A stretch of DNA of 33,844 nt, from the NCBI GenBank assembly GCA_023260615.1, contig JALQUY010000001.1:24369-58212 (forward strand). The letters are read 5' to 3'. Below, one piece after another: positions 30,645 to 33,844 of this stretch (positions are counted from its first letter, which is position 1; every line of letters begins with the position of its first letter). Origin of the DNA: Schleiferiaceae bacterium. Lineage in GTDB: Bacteria > Bacteroidota > Bacteroidia > Flavobacteriales > Schleiferiaceae. The position numbers and the translations under genes were made by a program. The notes below the pieces were generated by a model. It was not told the DNA's origin. It did no database searches and saw nothing but the letters and a program-made list of their open reading frames with translations.

Positions 30645-32652
30645 GAAAGCGCTCCGAATTGCACTGGTCGGCCGTCCCAATACGGGAAAGTCGTCCTTAT
30701 TCAACCGTTTGACCGGTATGAACCAAAAGGTAGGCAACTACCCTGGGGTTACTATGGAGCGTACAACTGGCCTCAGCAAATGGGCCCCAGGGGTACTAGC
30801 GGAGGTTATCGACCTTCCTGGTGTCTATTCGTTGCACGCCTCATCCTCTGATGAGGAGGTGGTGATGAATGCCTTGTTCCAAACCGCGCCGGAAGAGAAA
30901 ATCGACCGAGTGATTGGCTTGGCAGATGGCACCAATTTAAAGACCTGCCTCTTTGTGTTTAGCCAAGTCTTGGACCTAGGCCTGCCCGCAGTCTTAGCCG
31001 TGACTATGGTCGATGAAATGGAACGCCGCGGCATGGAGCTAAAAGTGGAGGAACTATCCACTACGCTTGGCTGTCCTGTTGTCCTGGTCAATGCCCGAAC
31101 GGGCGAAGGCCTCGACGCGTTGCGCACGGCGGTCCTTGAAGCGGAGCCCTCACGCCAAATACCCTTCTTCCAGCCTGGAGGAGTCCATCTGCGCTGGCTC
31201 GCTCAGGTCCAAGAGGAGCAACATCTAGCCATTCCCTACCGCGCGTGGTTGTGGGGATTGAACCATGTGGAGTCGTCTGCGGGTATCGAACAAGAGTCGG
31301 GCAAGCCACCCCAGCGTGCCCGAACGGACGAAGCCATCCAGCGCTACCGCCAAGTCAATCAGTGGTTGCGCCAATTTTTTGTGGCAGATCCCGTCAAAGA
31401 CCGACGTTGGACTGCACGCATGGACCGTGTGGTGGTGCACCCCATTTGGGGATCTATCGTTCTCTTTGGACTCCTCTTCATCTTGTTCCAAGCGCTTTTT
31501 TACGGTTCAGAAGCGCCCATGAACTTTATTGACGATCAAATTGCCGCCTTATCCGGCTGGATGCAAGGCCATTTGCCCGGCGGCTTCTTCACGCATTTGC
31601 TGACCAACGGCGTCCTTCCCGGAATCGCCGGCGTCCTCATGTTCATTCCGCAAATAGCCCTGCTTTTTGCCTTCATCTCCCTATTGGAAGAAAGCGGTTA
31701 CATGGCGCGGGTGGTCTTCATTATGGATCGTTTCATGCGGCCATTCGGCTTAAGCGGCAAATCCGTGGTGCCAATGGTGTCCGGCACAGCATGCGCGATT
31801 CCCGCCATTCTATCGACCCGAAATATGGAAAACAGCCGCGAACGCTGGCTCTCTATTGCGGTCACACCCTTGATCACCTGCTCGGCTCGACTGCCGGTCT
31901 ATGCCTTGTTAATCGGGTTGGTGATACCAGACGTCTCGTTCTTGGGCTTAAGTGTCCGAGGCGTGGTACTTCTGGGTCTTTACGCATTGGGCTTCATCGC
32001 GGCTTTGAGCGGTTCGGCGCTACTCAATCGCTTTACCCCGGCCCAAAAATCACCCGCTTTCCTCCTCGAAATGCCGCCTTACCGACTACCGCAACTGCGC
32101 AACGTGGCGACCGCCGTTTGGAACCGCACGAAGAGCTTTGTATCGGAAGCAGGTAAAATCATCTTGGCGATATCCGTCGTGCTGTGGTTCTTTGCCAGCT
32201 TTGGTCCCGAAAAGACGCCTGATTTCACCCAAGAGCATGAGCCGATCGCCATCGAAGCGAGTTATATCGGTCACCTGGGCAAAGCTATCGAGCCTGTCAT
32301 GGAGCCCCTAGGCTTCGATTGGAAAGTGAGTGTGGCCGTGCTGAGTTCATTCGTCGCTCGTGAAGTCTTTGTAGGAACCATGGCGACCCTCTACAGTGTG
32401 GATGATGAAGACAGTGCCACCATACGCGCCCAGATGGCCCGTCAAGTAGACCCCAAGACGGGACAGCCCTATTTCACTTTGGCGGTTGGGGTATCGCTTT
32501 TACTCTTCTACGCTTTTGCCATGCAGTGTATGAGCACCTTTGCGGTCGTCGCACGGGAAACGAAGAGCTACACGTTTGCCACCGTGCAATTCATAGCCCT
32601 CGGCCTACTGGCCTATGGGGCAGCTTGGATGGCGTACGTTGCACTCGCTTAA
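30634..32652 (+). CDS. feoB: Ferrous iron transporter B
   Basis: 672 aa. The N-terminal G-domain (IALVGRPNTGKSSLFNRLTG, DLPGVYSL) is followed by a polytopic membrane domain with FeoB gate motifs. Confidence 0.95.
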   Translation: MPDKKALRIALVGRPNTGKSSLFNRLTGMNQKVGNYPGVTMERTTGLSKWAPGVLAEVIDLPGVYSLHASSSDEEVVMNALFQTAPEEKIDRVIGLADGTNLKTCLFVFSQVLDLGLPAVLAVTMVDEMERRGMELKVEELSTTLGCPVVLVNARTGEGLDALRTAVLEAEPSRQIPFFQPGGVHLRWLAQVQEEQHLAIPYRAWLWGLNHVESSAGIEQESGKPPQRARTDEAIQRYRQVNQWLRQFFVADPVKDRRWTARMDRVVVHPIWGSIVLFGLLFILFQALFYGSEAPMNFIDDQIAALSGWMQGHLPGGFFTHLLTNGVLPGIAGVLMFIPQIALLFAFISLLEESGYMARVVFIMDRFMRPFGLSGKSVVPMVSGTACAIPAILSTRNMENSRERWLSIAVTPLITCSARLPVYALLIGLVIPDVSFLGLSVRGVVLLGLYALGFIAALSGSALLNRFTPAQKSPAFLLEMPPYRLPQLRNVATAVWNRTKSFVSEAGKIILAISVVLWFFASFGPEKTPDFTQEHEPIAIEASYIGHLGKAIEPVMEPLGFDWKVSVAVLSSFVAREVFVGTMATLYSVDDEDSATIRAQMARQVDPKTGQPYFTLAVGVSLLLFYAFAMQCMSTFAVVARETKSYTFATVQFIALGLLAYGAAWMAYVALA

Positions 32653-32687
32653 TCTTTTGCTTTCGTAGAATCGATTACTTTTGGTGT

Positions 32688-32804
32688 ATGGCCGTCATTC
32701 TTTGGACTCTCGTTTTCTATGCTGCCTTGCGTTTGTTTCTACCTGCTCCGAAGGAGACTGGTTGTTCGGCGGGCTGCGGATGTGCTAAATCAACGGTAGC
32801 ATGA
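32688..32804 (+). CDS. FeoB-associated Cys-rich small membrane protein (38 aa)
   Basis: MAVILWTLVFYAALRLFLPAPKETGCSAGCGCAKSTVA has one TM helix followed by a GCxxGCGC cluster. Its position directly after feoB is typical of that family. It is the 3' part of the track ORF 32526-32804, whose 5' part overlaps feoB. Its stop overlaps the SDR start (ATGA). Confidence 0.6.
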   Translation: MAVILWTLVFYAALRLFLPAPKETGCSAGCGCAKSTVA

Positions 32805-33457
32805 GCGGAGTTTACATCGTTACGGGCGCCTCACGCGGAATTGGTGCCGCGACCGTAGCAGCCCTTCGCGGGTTGGGTAAAGAGGTGATCGCAACGAGCC
32901 GAACGGCCTCCGAAGGCCTGTGGGCGCTGGATGTAAATTCGGACCAAAGCATCGCCGACTTTGCCGCAAAACTCAAGGAGCAAAATCTTCGCGTAGCCGG
33001 CCTGATCAACAATGCAGGCGCCCTCGTAAATCGTCCCTTTAACATGCTCACGCGCGAGGACTTTGCAACTATGGCCTCCGCCAACTGGATTGGACCTGCA
33101 CTGTTCATCCAAGCCTTGGCGGATTTCTTCACAGGAGATGCGCATATTGTGAACATTTCGAGCATGGGGGGCTTCCAAGGCGCCTCCAAATACCCCGGAC
33201 TTGCTGCGTATGCTTCGAGCAAAATGGCTCTTGCGGGCTTAACCGAATGCCTTCAAGCCGAATGGGGTGAACACGGGTGGTCTTTTAACGCACTCTGTCT
33301 GGGTGCCGTTCAGACCGAAATGTTGGAAGAAGCCTTCCCCGGATATGCCGCCCCTACGACTCCAGAAACCATGGGAAACTATGTAGCACGATTTGCCGTA
33401 GAGGGTCATTTTGCACATGCGGGCTGTGTTTTGCCGGTCACCAAGAGCAATCCCTAA
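32801..33457 (+). CDS. Short-chain dehydrogenase/reductase (SDR) family oxidoreductase
   Basis: 218 aa. It has the cofactor motif VTGASRGIGAAT, an NNAG motif, and the catalytic Ser...YxxxK (NISSMGG...YASSKMAL). Confidence 0.85.
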   Translation: MSGVYIVTGASRGIGAATVAALRGLGKEVIATSRTASEGLWALDVNSDQSIADFAAKLKEQNLRVAGLINNAGALVNRPFNMLTREDFATMASANWIGPALFIQALADFFTGDAHIVNISSMGGFQGASKYPGLAAYASSKMALAGLTECLQAEWGEHGWSFNALCLGAVQTEMLEEAFPGYAAPTTPETMGNYVARFAVEGHFAHAGCVLPVTKSNP

Positions 33458-33530
33458 AATTTTTTTCAGAAATCGTAGGCTGTTCCTCAGCACGTTACGA
33501 GAATCTAGGATTTTTTTTTAGCACTGGGTG

Positions 33531-33560
33531 TTGCACAACTGAAAAGCGTTTCTACATTTG
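33531..33560 (+). promoter_or_regulatory. rRNA operon promoter: -33 TTG, 19-nt spacer, -7 TACATTTG
   Basis: TTG at 33531-33533 and a perfect TAnnTTTG at 33553-33560 have consensus spacing. A T9 tract (33511-33519) precedes them. The 16S start lies ~165 nt downstream. Confidence 0.55.
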
Positions 33561-33641
33561 CACCCCCCAAACGGAACAACGGCAGCTCGGAAGCGAGACG
33601 TCGGGACCGGCGGGGGAAAGACAGAAGGAAGAAACTTCACC

Positions 33642-33652
33642 GTTCTTTAACA
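33642..33652 (+). promoter_or_regulatory. boxA-like antitermination element in the rRNA leader
   Basis: GTTCTTTAACA compares with the bacterial boxA consensus GCTCTTTAACA. It lies between the promoter and the 16S 5' end. Confidence 0.5.
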
Positions 33653-33725
33653 TATTGTGAAATCGAAAGAGCTTCAACTCGAAGATTCTAATGAGATACT
33701 TCAAGAGGCCAGATCAAACAATCTT

Positions 33726-33844
<119 letters not shown>

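Noticed and set aside
32526-32687. The 5' part of the 92-aa track ORF overlapping the end of feoB.
   Set aside because: It overlaps the feoB coding sequence out of frame. Only the part from ATG 32688 has the TM plus Cys-cluster architecture expected of the FeoB-associated peptide.

Overview
This window is a compact chromosomal core segment of a Bacteroidota genome, most consistent with class Flavobacteriia. The supporting signals are gldJ-murF and porU-porV synteny, mevalonate-pathway genes, TAnnTTTG -7 promoter boxes and a Bacteroidota-type 16S 5' end. All calls rest on my own reading of the translations and motifs; no database search was possible.

Gene order:
- tag (partial, -)
- DUF255/YyaL thioredoxin-domain protein (-)
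- PiT phosphate transporter (+)
- a 200-nt convergent spacer containing a periodic repeat
- M20 dipeptidase (-)
- large T9SS type-B-CTD surface protein (+)
- an 11-gene minus-strand array: M23 peptidase, MerR, LemA, TPM, TPM with Gly-rich tail, lipoprotein, PTPS/QueD, fabD, diphosphomevalonate decarboxylase, mevalonate-kinase-like GHMP kinase, short UbiA-like prenyltransferase
- alaS (+)
- small outer-membrane-like ORF (+)
- murF, gldJ and a PorP/SprF-like gene (-)
- porU-porV (+)
- pdhA and E2 acetyltransferase (+)
- feoA, feoB and a 38-aa Cys-rich peptide (+)
- SDR oxidoreductase (+)
- rRNA promoter/leader and the first ~120 nt of 16S rRNA

The ORF track uses GTG/TTG starts and maximal ORFs, so I revised several starts: MVK-like, decarboxylase, MerR, M23, porU, porV and pdhA.

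I found no transposase, integrase, tRNA, CRISPR array, toxin or defence genes, and no obvious compositional island. I do not see a convincing stand-alone novel system. The best candidates for follow-up are:
1. the translationally coupled M23-MerR-LemA-TPM-TPM-lipoprotein module of unknown function;
2. a PorP/SprF-like gene paired with gldJ (mirroring porP-porK) back-to-back with porU-porV;
3. mevalonate genes chained to fabD and to a short, motif-degenerate UbiA-family protein;
4. a 43-nt periodic GCTAGRRAGC repeat in the PiT/dipeptidase spacer;
5. several -7 boxes placed 4-6 nt from start codons, which suggests leaderless mRNAs.

The many long antisense ORFs are treated as codon-bias shadows.
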